From: a virus
Taxonomy: Duplodnaviria > Caudoviricetes
DNA length: 64,000 nucleotides
IMG/VR virus record: IMGVR_UViG_3300032233_002382
Coordinates: 243,778 to 307,777 of that record
Reading direction: 5' to 3' (one strand)
Shown: positions 48,232 to 58,235 of the stretch, piece by piece
How the letters are laid out: each line of letters opens with the position of its first letter
How positions within the stretch are numbered: the first letter of the stretch is position 1
The notes under the pieces: model-generated
The model's database searches: none
Seen by the model: only the letters and a program-made list of their open reading frames with translations
Told to the model about the DNA's origin: nothing
Translations under genes and position numbers: made by a program

Positions 48232-49214
48232 TCGTCTAAAACTCCTGCTTCAGCAGCCTCTAGTACCTCCTCAGCAGTGCGCCTTAAATCATCAGGATAT
48301 GACGTTAACATATTCCGTATTTCAGTGTGCGAGTCAACCGTAAAACTCGACTTTAACTTCGATATGAAATCAGAGAGGTCTCTTTTCTCATGATCCAAAC
48401 GTTTCTTAAGATCGAGATCAAAGATATCATTTGCATCTTCACAAGGAATCAGTATCTCCTCGGCGTCCAGACCATTAGCGGTTACGGTAATCATCGACAC
48501 TTTTGGTTTACGATTTAAATTCTCGAACGTCAATGCACCTCTGGACACAGAGCCTAAATTAATAAATTTTACGCCAAGATGATCATATATTCCTTGATCT
48601 TTATGGTAGTGACCAAACACATAACAGTCGGGACCACCATCGAACACTAAGTCCCGGTAATCATGTATCGGCTCATTAAAGAAGCTCTGTATTTTCTCTT
48701 CGGGCGCAAATGACGAAAGCGCATGAACTACTGCCACCAAGATATCGTCATCATGGGTTTTACGAACCCTTTCACGCAGGTTATCCGTAGTCAACAAAGG
48801 ATCGTAACTCACCCCAACAATGCGCACGCGCCGATTTCCAACATCGAACACACTATTAGTTAATTCCCTGAAAATACCAGTACGATATAAAACACCGAGC
48901 GGCTGCCCTCGCATGACGCTTGTTATATCATTATTCGTCATGTCATGATTGCCGGAGAGCGCCAAAGTCGGAATAGAAAGATCCCGGTGAATAGCGGCCA
49001 CGGATTGAATTGTCGAATGACTTGTACGGTTTGCCGCCTTAACGTGGAAAAAATCTCCGCCACGAATTATCGCATCTGCATTAGATGACACGGCAAGATC
49101 GACCTGCCACTGAAGCTTTCTTAAAATGCTCGAACGATAATCATCCTTTCGAAATCCCGGAGGCTGGTCTGATAAATGCTCGTCGGTCGAGGTAATGATT
49201 CGAAATTTTGACAT
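48228..49214 (-). CDS. sbcD: SbcD/Mre11 metallophosphoesterase nuclease
   Basis: TDEH, GGDFFH, GNHD, VVH and FGHYH motifs. Confidence 0.85.
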   Translation of the reverse strand: MSKFRIITSTDEHLSDQPPGFRKDDYRSSILRKLQWQVDLAVSSNADAIIRGGDFFHVKAANRTSHSTIQSVAAIHRDLSIPTLALSGNHDMTNNDITSVMRGQPLGVLYRTGIFRELTNSVFDVGNRRVRIVGVSYDPLLTTDNLRERVRKTHDDDILVAVVHALSSFAPEEKIQSFFNEPIHDYRDLVFDGGPDCYVFGHYHKDQGIYDHLGVKFINLGSVSRGALTFENLNRKPKVSMITVTANGLDAEEILIPCEDANDIFDLDLKKRLDHEKRDLSDFISKLKSSFTVDSHTEIRNMLTSYPDDLRRTAEEVLEAAEAGVLDE

Positions 49215-49222
49215 AGAGAATT

Positions 49223-49516
49223 TTACATTCGTTGAACATGCGATACTTCGACCAAATTCGATAACTCAGACCATAAGCTAGCGGGAAAATCAATAGAGGA
49301 TTTCAAAACACGATATCCGGTCTGATCTTCAATGATAGTGCAAACCGAATGCTTACTGAGAGCACCAGGAGAATCTACATAGCGTAGAAGCGTGGCCGGT
49401 ACCACATATATATAAAAGACTGACTTTGAAAAAAGGACCGATTCATATAGAATGGCGTGATAACGGCGAGTAGCCACTTTAAACTCAAAGATGTGATTTC
49501 CGACTTTAAGATTCAT
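49223..49516 (-). CDS. hypothetical protein
   Basis: 97-aa ORF coupled to recD. Confidence 0.5.
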   Translation of the reverse strand: MNLKVGNHIFEFKVATRRYHAILYESVLFSKSVFYIYVVPATLLRYVDSPGALSKHSVCTIIEDQTGYRVLKSSIDFPASLWSELSNLVEVSHVQRM

Positions 49517-51750
49517 GACTTCGTAATTTGCTTGACAACAGCCGTATCATAGCTTGAGTCAATGAACTTAGATAGATTCGAGTTTCGATGAAGATCGCGT
49601 ACGCTCGAGATACCTCGATTTAAAGCACTCACGTCTCCAATAACGAAGACCTTCTTCCGAGCTCGAGTAATAGCGGTATAAATTAAGTTCTTATATAGCA
49701 TTGCTCCATACTGGTTAGTCATGGGCATTACCACATAATCGAATTCCTGACCCTGAACCTTATGCGCCGTACATGCATAAGCAACTCGCAACATACTTTT
49801 TGCTTCATCGACGGTAAAAGTAAAAATATGGTCCGAAAATTTCGACCCAGTCGAAGAGTTATCGATCCAATTAAATATCTTAACTTCGACTTGATCAGAT
49901 TTTAAATCGATGCTATGAATTTTCCCAACGTCACCATTATAGATACAACGCTCATAATCATTCTTGATAACCATTACACGGTCGCCTTCACACAATCCGA
50001 CGTCCACATTTTTAATATAAGTTTTACGTTGATCGCTCGGAACTGAATTCAGTACCGATCTCAATTCTAAATTAAGACTATTGACACCCAAGGATCCATC
50101 ATACATCGGGGCAATTACCTGAAAGTTCTTCTTTAAGTCTCTCAGCCTTACACACAGCTTCTTTATCTCGGACAGAACATCGGATTGTGCCATAGGCAAA
50201 ACGATGAATTCCGAATCTTTATCAAAGCCGAAAGTCAGATCCTCGCTCTTGAGAATCGAATGAGCTACGGTAATAATATCAGACGTCTTGCCTTGTCTAT
50301 ATATCTTGGTCAACGACACATGAGGTAACACTTTGGTGCTAGAGACATTTGACAGAACGCTCCCGGAGTTGACAGAAGGTAACTGAGCGGGATCTCCCAC
50401 CATAATGATTTGAGTCGTAGGAAGAATCGCGCTAACTAAGCTAAAAAACGTAGCAGAGTCAACCATCGACATTTCATCGATGATGATCGCATCGACACAG
50501 TATTTATTACCAGAATGAAATTCCCAAGTTCCGTCCTTCTTGTAACCTAAAGCCCTGTGAATTGTAGAAGCTGGCCTGTTGGTTACTTGTGAAAGCCGCT
50601 TTGCGGCGATACCCGTAGGTGATAACAAAACATAGTTAAGTTTGCATTCCTCAAACACATGTACGAATGCGGAGATGATGGTCGTTTTACCGGTTCCTGG
50701 AAAACCTGTGACAACGCACCCTCTGGATTTCGTAAGCATCAAGAGCGCATCTTTCTGCTCATCTGACAGTTTTATATCATGGCGTCTTTCAAAATTAGTT
50801 ATGATGTCCCACAGTCCGTCTATTTTTAGAGCGGGGGAGACTAATATCGAAGACAAAGCGCTTGCAATGCCTGCTTCATATTTAAACTGGTGAGAAAGGT
50901 AAATACAATCATCAACAACGACAAGCTTCGAGTCTGCTACTAATTCCGACAGAGCTGGATAAAAATGCGACTCCGAGATATAATCCCCATGACTAAAGGG
51001 TTCTACATTATTCTTGAATATTCTCTTACTTGAATAATCGAAAATCTGCTTAGATGATACAAAAATATGACCTTCGTTAGAGCAAAGTTCAGAAATGGTA
51101 TATAAAATCAATCCTTTAACGCGTTTGATATCGTCAACACCAATGCCAAGTTTACGAGCGACCACATCGGCAGTAGAAAATCCGACTCCTGGTACTTCAC
51201 AAAGTTTGTATGGATCTACCGACAAAACCTCTCTAATGTCGGTCTTAAAATAAGTCAGAGCTCCCTTTATCTGTGATGAAGACAACCCCATCGAGGACAA
51301 ATAGATGGTGTTATCTCTTAAAGAATTAGCGGTCGACCATTCAGCGATGATTGCAGCGGCCTGATTCTTCGTTAAGAACGGCAATGTATTAATTATCGAG
51401 GGATCTTTATTCAGAAGTTCAATAGTGTCGTCCCCAAACACATCATAGATCCGCAGGGCCGTGATTGGTCCTATGGAGGGTACATGAGCAGTTAAATATG
51501 ATGTGATACCGCTTTTGTTCTTTTCAGCGGTAATTTCGCAAACCGAAGCAGTCAGTTGATTACCATAGGTGGGATGATTTTCAAATCGACCCTGGAATGT
51601 AGCCTTTAATCCAGTACTTATGTTCGTGTTAGGGAAGACACCAGCCACTCGGATCACGTTCCCATCAGTAAGCGAAAGCTTTAAAACATGGAACCCGGTA
51701 TTTTTGTTGCTAAAGACCACATTCGTTACTTTCCCGCTAACCGATTCCAT
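49513..51750 (-). CDS. recD: RecD2-like SF1 helicase
   Basis: N-terminal OB and HhH domains, GFPGTGKTT, PTGIAAKRL, TIHRAL, IIDEMSM, VGDPAQLP, IYRQ and AYACTAHKVQGQE. Confidence 0.92.
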   Translation of the reverse strand: MESVSGKVTNVVFSNKNTGFHVLKLSLTDGNVIRVAGVFPNTNISTGLKATFQGRFENHPTYGNQLTASVCEITAEKNKSGITSYLTAHVPSIGPITALRIYDVFGDDTIELLNKDPSIINTLPFLTKNQAAAIIAEWSTANSLRDNTIYLSSMGLSSSQIKGALTYFKTDIREVLSVDPYKLCEVPGVGFSTADVVARKLGIGVDDIKRVKGLILYTISELCSNEGHIFVSSKQIFDYSSKRIFKNNVEPFSHGDYISESHFYPALSELVADSKLVVVDDCIYLSHQFKYEAGIASALSSILVSPALKIDGLWDIITNFERRHDIKLSDEQKDALLMLTKSRGCVVTGFPGTGKTTIISAFVHVFEECKLNYVLLSPTGIAAKRLSQVTNRPASTIHRALGYKKDGTWEFHSGNKYCVDAIIIDEMSMVDSATFFSLVSAILPTTQIIMVGDPAQLPSVNSGSVLSNVSSTKVLPHVSLTKIYRQGKTSDIITVAHSILKSEDLTFGFDKDSEFIVLPMAQSDVLSEIKKLCVRLRDLKKNFQVIAPMYDGSLGVNSLNLELRSVLNSVPSDQRKTYIKNVDVGLCEGDRVMVIKNDYERCIYNGDVGKIHSIDLKSDQVEVKIFNWIDNSSTGSKFSDHIFTFTVDEAKSMLRVAYACTAHKVQGQEFDYVVMPMTNQYGAMLYKNLIYTAITRARKKVFVIGDVSALNRGISSVRDLHRNSNLSKFIDSSYDTAVVKQITKS

Positions 51751-52540
51751 TTTGACCCTCGACCATCTTCAGGAAATCGGACTCGGTAATGACCGGAACA
51801 GAGTATTTCCTCGCCTTCAACGATTTAGAAGAATTTGAACTTTCGTTAGAAATTAAATATGAAAGTCCGCTAGTCACAGAATCCTTAACGATCCCACCAT
51901 TGTTCAAGATGGTAGTGTGGAGGAATTTCCGAGGCATTTGAGTACTGCCGGTAACACAGAAAGACTTTCCCGAAAGTCGACCGTTGTCAGCATCGAGAAT
52001 CTCAAGTTTACTGGCTAGCAATCGAATAGATTCCGATTGTTCAGCTAAATGATCAAAAATACTCTGAGCAGTCTTTAAACCAATGTTTGGTATCTTCTCT
52101 AGGTCATCGACAGATAAGGATAGTATAATGTCTAGATCTTTCGCGCCGTGTAGCACCATGTCGGTAGCAGTAGATGTACCCAAGTTTGGAATGTTTAATC
52201 CGGACAAAAATTTAATTAAAGTCAGCCGCTTAGATGAATGGAGAGTTCCGTAGCATTTACTAGCGAATTTTATCCCAGAACAATGTAACGCAATCTGATC
52301 CACAGTAAGATCATATATATCCGCCACCCGACTAACACTAGTCAGGTCGCTGGAAGTCAACGAATCTATTAGAGCATCACCCCAGTTAAGAATACCGAGG
52401 TGGTCAATCCAGTGCTTGATTGCCCCAGACATGCGAGCCGGGCAGTTCCTGTTATCGCAAAACAGGAAAGATCCGTGGTCCCGTAAGGATAGACCACATG
52501 AAGGACAAGAAGTAGGTAGTTCAAAGAATTGTCTTATCAC
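51737..52540 (-). CDS. ligA: NAD-dependent DNA ligase, C-terminal part (Zn finger, HhH, BRCT) as a separate gene
   Basis: LPTSCPSCG...FCDN..CP, L.IPNLG, IPNIG.KTA and BRCT GKSFCVTGS...GG....SVT...YLI...S.K..KA...V.VITE. Confidence 0.88.
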   Translation of the reverse strand: MIRQFFELPTSCPSCGLSLRDHGSFLFCDNRNCPARMSGAIKHWIDHLGILNWGDALIDSLTSSDLTSVSRVADIYDLTVDQIALHCSGIKFASKCYGTLHSSKRLTLIKFLSGLNIPNLGTSTATDMVLHGAKDLDIILSLSVDDLEKIPNIGLKTAQSIFDHLAEQSESIRLLASKLEILDADNGRLSGKSFCVTGSTQMPRKFLHTTILNNGGIVKDSVTSGLSYLISNESSNSSKSLKARKYSVPVITESDFLKMVEGQNGIG

Positions 52541-52567
52541 ACACCATAATACATTCGGAACCGGGCA

Positions 52568-53062
52568 TTAGTCGGATTCTTTCTCTGAACCGGAAGCCTC
52601 TGATTCTGAGGATTCAGGAGCATAGTCAAACTCAATGTCGAGGTCTTCTTGAGAACCAGACCCCTCAGAGGCTTCTGGAGTTTCTCCGGCGGGAACTGGA
52701 GATTCCGGAACCGGCATAGGAGCAGGTGAGGGCGCTTCTCCACCAAAGACATCATCAGATCCATAGATATCAGATTCTGACATCTTGGCCTTGCCTTCAT
52801 TAAAGGCCTTTGAGAACGTCGATAGCTTTCCACCTATCCCTAAAACACCCTCAGAGATAGTTTCGAGTTCAGATAATTCATGACCGGTAAAATCACCCTG
52901 CAGACGTGCAAGCTTAGCATACAGGACGTGAGCGTCTTTCAAGACATCTGCAATATAAGAGTTCACACGCTGCCATTCCGCATCTTTATCAGCACTGGCA
53001 GCCAGGCGGTTGGTAGACAAGGTTTTGAAAACCGATCGAGCAACCGAATTTAAGTGTGACAT
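52568..53062 (-). CDS. acidic hypothetical protein between the ligase halves
   Basis: Likely ATG at 53062 (GAGGG SD); RLAAS motif; acidic Pro-rich tail like the virion-cargo-type ORFs. Confidence 0.6.
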   Translation of the reverse strand: MSHLNSVARSVFKTLSTNRLAASADKDAEWQRVNSYIADVLKDAHVLYAKLARLQGDFTGHELSELETISEGVLGIGGKLSTFSKAFNEGKAKMSESDIYGSDDVFGGEAPSPAPMPVPESPVPAGETPEASEGSGSQEDLDIEFDYAPESSESEASGSEKESD

Positions 53063-53114
53063 GTATATACCCTCATTTGCACATTTCAAAAAGGATCTAG
53101 TGTAAAATACTACC

Positions 53115-54218
53115 ATGAATAAAATAAAAGAATTAAGCGAACTGGTACTAAGAGCGCAAGAAGCATACTATAACCTCGATCCAATTATGTCTGACGCGGA
53201 ATATGATGCTCTACACGACGAATTAAAAAGACTGAACCCTGAAGCTCAAGCCGTAGTCCGAATAGGAGCCGCACCCATTTCGCAGTCCCCATGGGAAAAA
53301 CGACCACATGAGATACCTATGGGTAGTCTAAGCAAAGTTACAACCGTAGACGAATTTGAAGAATGGGTTAAGGGGATTGGGGATACAGAATATTTTATAA
53401 CAGACAAATTCGATGGGATATCGTTAGAATGTATATATGATGAAGGAATATTTCAGCATGCGGTCACAAGAGGAGACGGAATAGTCGGAGAAGACGTTAC
53501 TAAAAACGCCACTTACATACCGAACATCCCAAAGACGATCACGATAAAATCTAGAGTAAGCGTTAGGGGTGAAGTGATCCTTACCAAAAAAGCCTTCAAG
53601 GACCATTTCTCAAGCAAGTATGCAAATACTCGAAATACGGTGGCTGGCAAAATTAGAGATACTAAAGAAGGAACGGTTGCAGCTGTTCATTTTAAATTCA
53701 TAGCGTTCGATCTAATAGGGATTAACACGGAGAGTTTCGATGCAATGTTTAAAGAATTAAAAAGATTCGGGTTTGAATCCCCAGATTTTCACGTGTCAGG
53801 AAACCACCATAAGGTTTACGAGGAGTATCTCAAGAGAAAAAATGACAGAGAAGCTTTGGATTATGATATTGATGGATGTGTGATTAATGTCAATGAAAGA
53901 ACCAAATTCCTAGAGTTGGGTAATGAGAACAGTAGACCACTAGGAGCTGTGGCGTTTAAATTCGATCCAGCAATGGCCGTATCTAAAATCTTAGATGTCA
54001 AGTGGTTTACTGGAAGCACCGGAAGAGTTAGCCCGGTAGCAATAATCGACCCCGTGAACGTGCAAGGAGTGGTGATTTCTAGGGTGTCTTTACAGAATAA
54101 AGAAGCAATGCTTAATCTCAAATTGTTTAAAGGAGCCAGGGTACTAGTATCTAGAAGAAACGATGTGATACCGTACTTACAAGAAAACCTTGATATTAAT
54201 TCACAGGATGAGTTTTAG
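53115..54218 (+). CDS. ligA: NAD-dependent DNA ligase, N-terminal part (domain Ia, adenylation, OB)
   Basis: YY...P.MSDAEYD, H..PMGSL.K, KFDG, A.TRGDG..GEDVT, VRGEV, NTRN..AG, IDG.V, AFKF, TGRV.P and RRNDVIP; stops before the Zn finger. Confidence 0.92.
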   Translation: MNKIKELSELVLRAQEAYYNLDPIMSDAEYDALHDELKRLNPEAQAVVRIGAAPISQSPWEKRPHEIPMGSLSKVTTVDEFEEWVKGIGDTEYFITDKFDGISLECIYDEGIFQHAVTRGDGIVGEDVTKNATYIPNIPKTITIKSRVSVRGEVILTKKAFKDHFSSKYANTRNTVAGKIRDTKEGTVAAVHFKFIAFDLIGINTESFDAMFKELKRFGFESPDFHVSGNHHKVYEEYLKRKNDREALDYDIDGCVINVNERTKFLELGNENSRPLGAVAFKFDPAMAVSKILDVKWFTGSTGRVSPVAIIDPVNVQGVVISRVSLQNKEAMLNLKLFKGARVLVSRRNDVIPYLQENLDINSQDEF

Positions 54219-54441
54219 ATAGCATAGACTCTATCATTTCCATGGACTCAAAACTCACACAAGTAAGACGTACTTTCTGATCCATCAACGACTTTAGTAA
54301 ATCCTGCAGAGATAAAGCCACACCATCTTCATCTACTATCACATACTCATTCTTGTCCTTATCAAACAACACTTTTCCGTCAATTATGAGACCCGCATCA
54401 AAACCGTTAGTAAATCTATCTCTGACATTATCGTAATCCAT
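54196..54441 (-). CDS. hypothetical protein
   Basis: 81-aa ORF converging on the ligA N-half. Confidence 0.55.
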   Translation of the reverse strand: MDYDNVRDRFTNGFDAGLIIDGKVLFDKDKNEYVIVDEDGVALSLQDLLKSLMDQKVRLTCVSFESMEMIESMLSKTHPVN

Positions 54442-54450
54442 AAATTACGA

Positions 54451-54493
54451 TACTAATCGGCCCCTGCTAATCAGTAGCAGGGGCCGATTAGTA
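54451..54493 (-). terminator. terminator hairpin after the RNR gene
   Basis: 19-bp stem tactaatcggcccctgcta / tagcaggggccgattagta. Confidence 0.75.
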
Positions 54494-54512
54494 ACTTCGT
54501 GTTTACTGCCTA

Positions 54513-57329
54513 CTAGCTGCAGCCCGTGGTGGTTCCACAGGCTACACACAGATAACAAGAACCGTTTCTCTGAGTGATGGAGCCGCATCGGTTACAAGGA
54601 GGTGCATCAAGATTACGCTTTGTCTTTGGTTTCGCCGACAGAGCTGGAGCGCTTGAAGATATTCCTTCATTTAGGGGCTCTGAAGACTCCATCTGGCTTA
54701 TCCTGTCAGCAAGACCCGAATGCTCACCGCCGTAATATCTAACATCTAGGACTTTAAACAGATAGTCATATAAACTCTTAGAAAACCTGATCTGCTTATT
54801 GCTCGTGATACCGGCAGGCTCAAACCTCGTATCGATAAAGCTACCGATGAGCTTAGGCAAAGGTATACGGTACTGCAAAGCAATACTCAATAACTGAGTG
54901 AAGCCGTTCATCAGACCAGATATGGTGCTACCTGGTTTTCCTAGGCGCAGAAATACCTCACCGGGGCGACCGTCCGGATATTCATTTACGATTATGTACC
55001 CTCTATAACCATCAATCTCGAATTTATGGCGCCAACCCGAGACATCATTTGGCATGGGGTCTCTGATTGCTTCGATCGAGTCAGGTTTGCGGGTTGAATC
55101 CACTGAAGCTTCCACAACCGGTTCATTTTTAACGCCAGCATCAGAAGCCTTCGTCGCAAGAGGCTGAGAAGCCTTGCAACCGTCACGATAAAGCGCAACG
55201 CATTTCAGACCAAGACGCCAGCTTTCTAAATAAATATCGGCAATTTCCTGAACCGTAACAGTCTTTGGTAAGTTGACAGTCTTGCTTTGCGCGCAGGTAA
55301 TAAGAGGCTGGATCGCAGCCATCATTTTTATGTGTGCAAGCGGGGTAAGATACCTTCCTGAAGTTCCTGACGGCATCGCACAGTCAAAGATCGCAAGGTG
55401 AGCAGGGTTTAAACCAGGAGCTCCTTCAATGCAATCATTCTCTTCGATGTACTTAGTGATCGTATCTACAGCATCGTTTGCGTATCCGAGATTTACTAAG
55501 CTATCGCGGACGGCTGCATTAACAAGCTTGATGTAACCACCACCAACCATCGATTTATAGCTTACTAAAGAAAAGCTTGGTTCTATCCCGGTAGTATCCA
55601 TTCCCATCAAGAACGAAATGGTGCCCAGAGGTGCCTGAAGAGTCGCTTGTGAAATGTTAAACCCATACTTACTACCAAGTTCGATCACGGATGACCAGAC
55701 TTTAGCAGATTCCTTTACTATATCCTCTCCGATAGGATCAGAAGGTAGTTGCCACCTACTAAGAATTTTATCGTTCGCCTCCGAATGCTTATGCATGATT
55801 CCAAGCATGTCTTCCTTATTCTTCTCGAACTCGGCAAATGCACCCACACGAGCAGCGAGCTTGGCTGCATTAAGGTAAGTCAAGCCCGTCATCAAGCTTG
55901 CTAAACGCGCAGCTACGGCTCGTCCACCATCTGAATCATAGCTATACCCTAGCTTCATCAGAAGCGCACCTAAATCACCATAGTTTGTACCGATCGGTCG
56001 AAGTTTGTGAGAGTTCGAAGTTATTTCATCCGTAGGGTAATCCGCTTTTGCAATAATTGCCATCTGAGAAGTCGTAAACAACCGAATAGCTTGCTTAAAC
56101 CTCTCGTAGTTAAAGTCTTTTCCGTCGAAAAATTTGGTTAAGTTCACTGCACAAAGGTTACAAGCGGTGTTGTCGACATGAAGGAACTCACTACACGGAT
56201 TAGAAGCTTTGATCTTTCCACTCCTAGGAGTGGTGTGCCAAGAATTTATTGTATCGGTAAACTGAACGCCAGGATCACCACACACCCATGCAGCTTCTGC
56301 TATTTCATTCCATAGGTCTCGAGCTTTGTAATTGTGGACAGTTTTTCCAGTCTTGCGCTCTTTGGTTTGCCAGGTCCCATCATCTATAACCGACTGCATG
56401 AACGCATCCGGAATACTTACAGAATGGTTGGCATTCTGGTACATAACGCGCTTGTATGCACCATTAGGGTCATCATAATTGACACTATATCCAATATCAA
56501 CCAGCTGGTGAGCTAGCTTTTCCTCAACGGCCTTGCTCCTGATAAAGCCAGGACGATTATCCTTGGTCTCGAGAATGTCGGGGTGATCCATATCCAAGAC
56601 AACCATCTTTGCAGCGTTACGCGTACTGCCGCCTGATTTCATCGCCATAGCATACTGATCAAGACCTCGCATCCAGCTCATCGGGCCAGACGTGTAAGAC
56701 CCTGAGGCTAATTTTTCGTAAGAAGATCTGATGGTCGAAAGGTTAGCTCCAGAACCACTTCCGCCAGCAAAAATAACAGATTCGCTTTTTTGGAAATTCA
56801 TGATGCCATCTAGTGTATCATCAACTCCGGAAATAAAACAGGCACTCGCAGCCTGCCGTCGATTAGGTATCCCAAGATTAAACCAAACGGGACTATTGAA
56901 GGCGCCATACTGGTGTAGCAAAGCAAAAATAAGTTCTTGGTTAAATACCAAAGCATCATCGTCTGATTCGAAATAATTCTGATCTTTAGCCCAAGAAGTT
57001 AAGGTGTCAGCCACTCGGGTAAACATCTGCTTAACAGAGGATTCTTTAACTCCATTAATCACGCGAAAATACTTGTCTGCAACGATATTAATTGTGGTCT
57101 GATTCCACCAAGCAGGTACTTCCACGCCTTGTTGTGAAAATGCCACAGACCCGTTGGACTTTCGGATTTCGGCATCAACGATCTTCCATTCAATTTCATC
57201 AAATGGATGAACTCCAGGTTTAGTAAACACTCTGGACCAAGTCCCTATCTCTTTAGTTACATCACTTTTAATGTTTGACTTTGAGTCCACCATTGACAGA
57301 ATGAAAGTACTAGCGCTTGCTGATGACAT
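54513..57329 (-). CDS. nrdJ: class II (adenosylcobalamin-dependent) ribonucleotide reductase
   Basis: FNSPVWFN, SACF, NPCSE, CNL, APxGTISF, GIEP and YRDG motifs; C-terminal TSCPD-like domain and CxxC...CxxC ribbon. Confidence 0.9.
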   Translation of the reverse strand: MSSASASTFILSMVDSKSNIKSDVTKEIGTWSRVFTKPGVHPFDEIEWKIVDAEIRKSNGSVAFSQQGVEVPAWWNQTTINIVADKYFRVINGVKESSVKQMFTRVADTLTSWAKDQNYFESDDDALVFNQELIFALLHQYGAFNSPVWFNLGIPNRRQAASACFISGVDDTLDGIMNFQKSESVIFAGGSGSGANLSTIRSSYEKLASGSYTSGPMSWMRGLDQYAMAMKSGGSTRNAAKMVVLDMDHPDILETKDNRPGFIRSKAVEEKLAHQLVDIGYSVNYDDPNGAYKRVMYQNANHSVSIPDAFMQSVIDDGTWQTKERKTGKTVHNYKARDLWNEIAEAAWVCGDPGVQFTDTINSWHTTPRSGKIKASNPCSEFLHVDNTACNLCAVNLTKFFDGKDFNYERFKQAIRLFTTSQMAIIAKADYPTDEITSNSHKLRPIGTNYGDLGALLMKLGYSYDSDGGRAVAARLASLMTGLTYLNAAKLAARVGAFAEFEKNKEDMLGIMHKHSEANDKILSRWQLPSDPIGEDIVKESAKVWSSVIELGSKYGFNISQATLQAPLGTISFLMGMDTTGIEPSFSLVSYKSMVGGGYIKLVNAAVRDSLVNLGYANDAVDTITKYIEENDCIEGAPGLNPAHLAIFDCAMPSGTSGRYLTPLAHIKMMAAIQPLITCAQSKTVNLPKTVTVQEIADIYLESWRLGLKCVALYRDGCKASQPLATKASDAGVKNEPVVEASVDSTRKPDSIEAIRDPMPNDVSGWRHKFEIDGYRGYIIVNEYPDGRPGEVFLRLGKPGSTISGLMNGFTQLLSIALQYRIPLPKLIGSFIDTRFEPAGITSNKQIRFSKSLYDYLFKVLDVRYYGGEHSGLADRISQMESSEPLNEGISSSAPALSAKPKTKRNLDAPPCNRCGSITQRNGSCYLCVACGTTTGCS

Positions 57330-58221
57330 CGGCCGCCTCTTCAGAGTATCTAATGATCTCTGATTCTAAAAGAAACTCTGCTAATTCTGATCCGGTTTTG
57401 TGAGCTATTTCGATATCGGTAAGACACCTTAGAGATTTCTTCATCGATTCAATGGTCCAGAGACCTTTGAGCGGTGAAAGAAAATTCTTAAGCACGAACG
57501 ACGGAACGCCTATTAGTGAAGCTATCTCATCGGCGCTGCGATTTTGTGTTAGGTAATATTCGAACTTATACAGCTGTTCAAAATGATTCTGTAGGAATGC
57601 GACAATCCAACCGGTTTCATTCTTTGATTCTTGTAGTTTATCATAGTAAGCGATCGCGGCATTTTTGTTCCCCAGGTTTATGGCGTCGATTATAGACTTA
57701 GGTGTTAACTCAGACGAGAACACCATGATTGACTTGGCCACATCAGCAGAAAGTGCACTACCAGATGAGACCAAATCCGATATTTTCCTAATCTCGGAGT
57801 CTAACTTCCGAGGACGATTTCCAGAATTCACAAAAAGAGCACTAGAGATCTTGCTTAGATCTATATTAAAGTTAGCGCCACGATTCAGGATAAATGACTG
57901 AATGTCGTTCATAGAATAATGTGTTTTCAGCGGAGCACACTCTTTTAAATACACATTGTTCGGCACTTCAAGTTTATTGGGAGAAGAAAACAGCACTAAA
58001 TCTTTATCTACAAATCCAAAGTCTAAATACTTCGTAAATCGACGAAAATGATATACGTATCTCTCGGAAGAGTCATTGTTTAAGCTAAGTATTTCATCTA
58101 TTCTTTCAGGAAGCACGTCATCAGAAAACGTGAAAACTCTGTCACATAAATATGCGTTTATTTCAGATTCAACGTACTTACTAACAAGAAATTCTTCTCC
58201 ATAAACATGTAAGATCGTCAT
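57310..58221 (-). CDS. holA: DNA polymerase III delta subunit-like
   Basis: LHVYGEEFL, G......LDSEIRKI, I..IIDAI..G...A and C-terminal L..L..I...K.G. Confidence 0.7.
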   Translation of the reverse strand: MTILHVYGEEFLVSKYVESEINAYLCDRVFTFSDDVLPERIDEILSLNNDSSERYVYHFRRFTKYLDFGFVDKDLVLFSSPNKLEVPNNVYLKECAPLKTHYSMNDIQSFILNRGANFNIDLSKISSALFVNSGNRPRKLDSEIRKISDLVSSGSALSADVAKSIMVFSSELTPKSIIDAINLGNKNAAIAYYDKLQESKNETGWIVAFLQNHFEQLYKFEYYLTQNRSADEIASLIGVPSFVLKNFLSPLKGLWTIESMKKSLRCLTDIEIAHKTGSELAEFLLESEIIRYSEEAADVISKR

Positions 58222-58235
58222 TGTTAATCGTACAT

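Noticed and set aside
52541-54225. Programmed (phase-variable) inversion restoring ligA
   Set aside because: No inverted repeats were found at the two putative breakpoints, no recombinase is nearby, and both halves have their own promoter-like elements.
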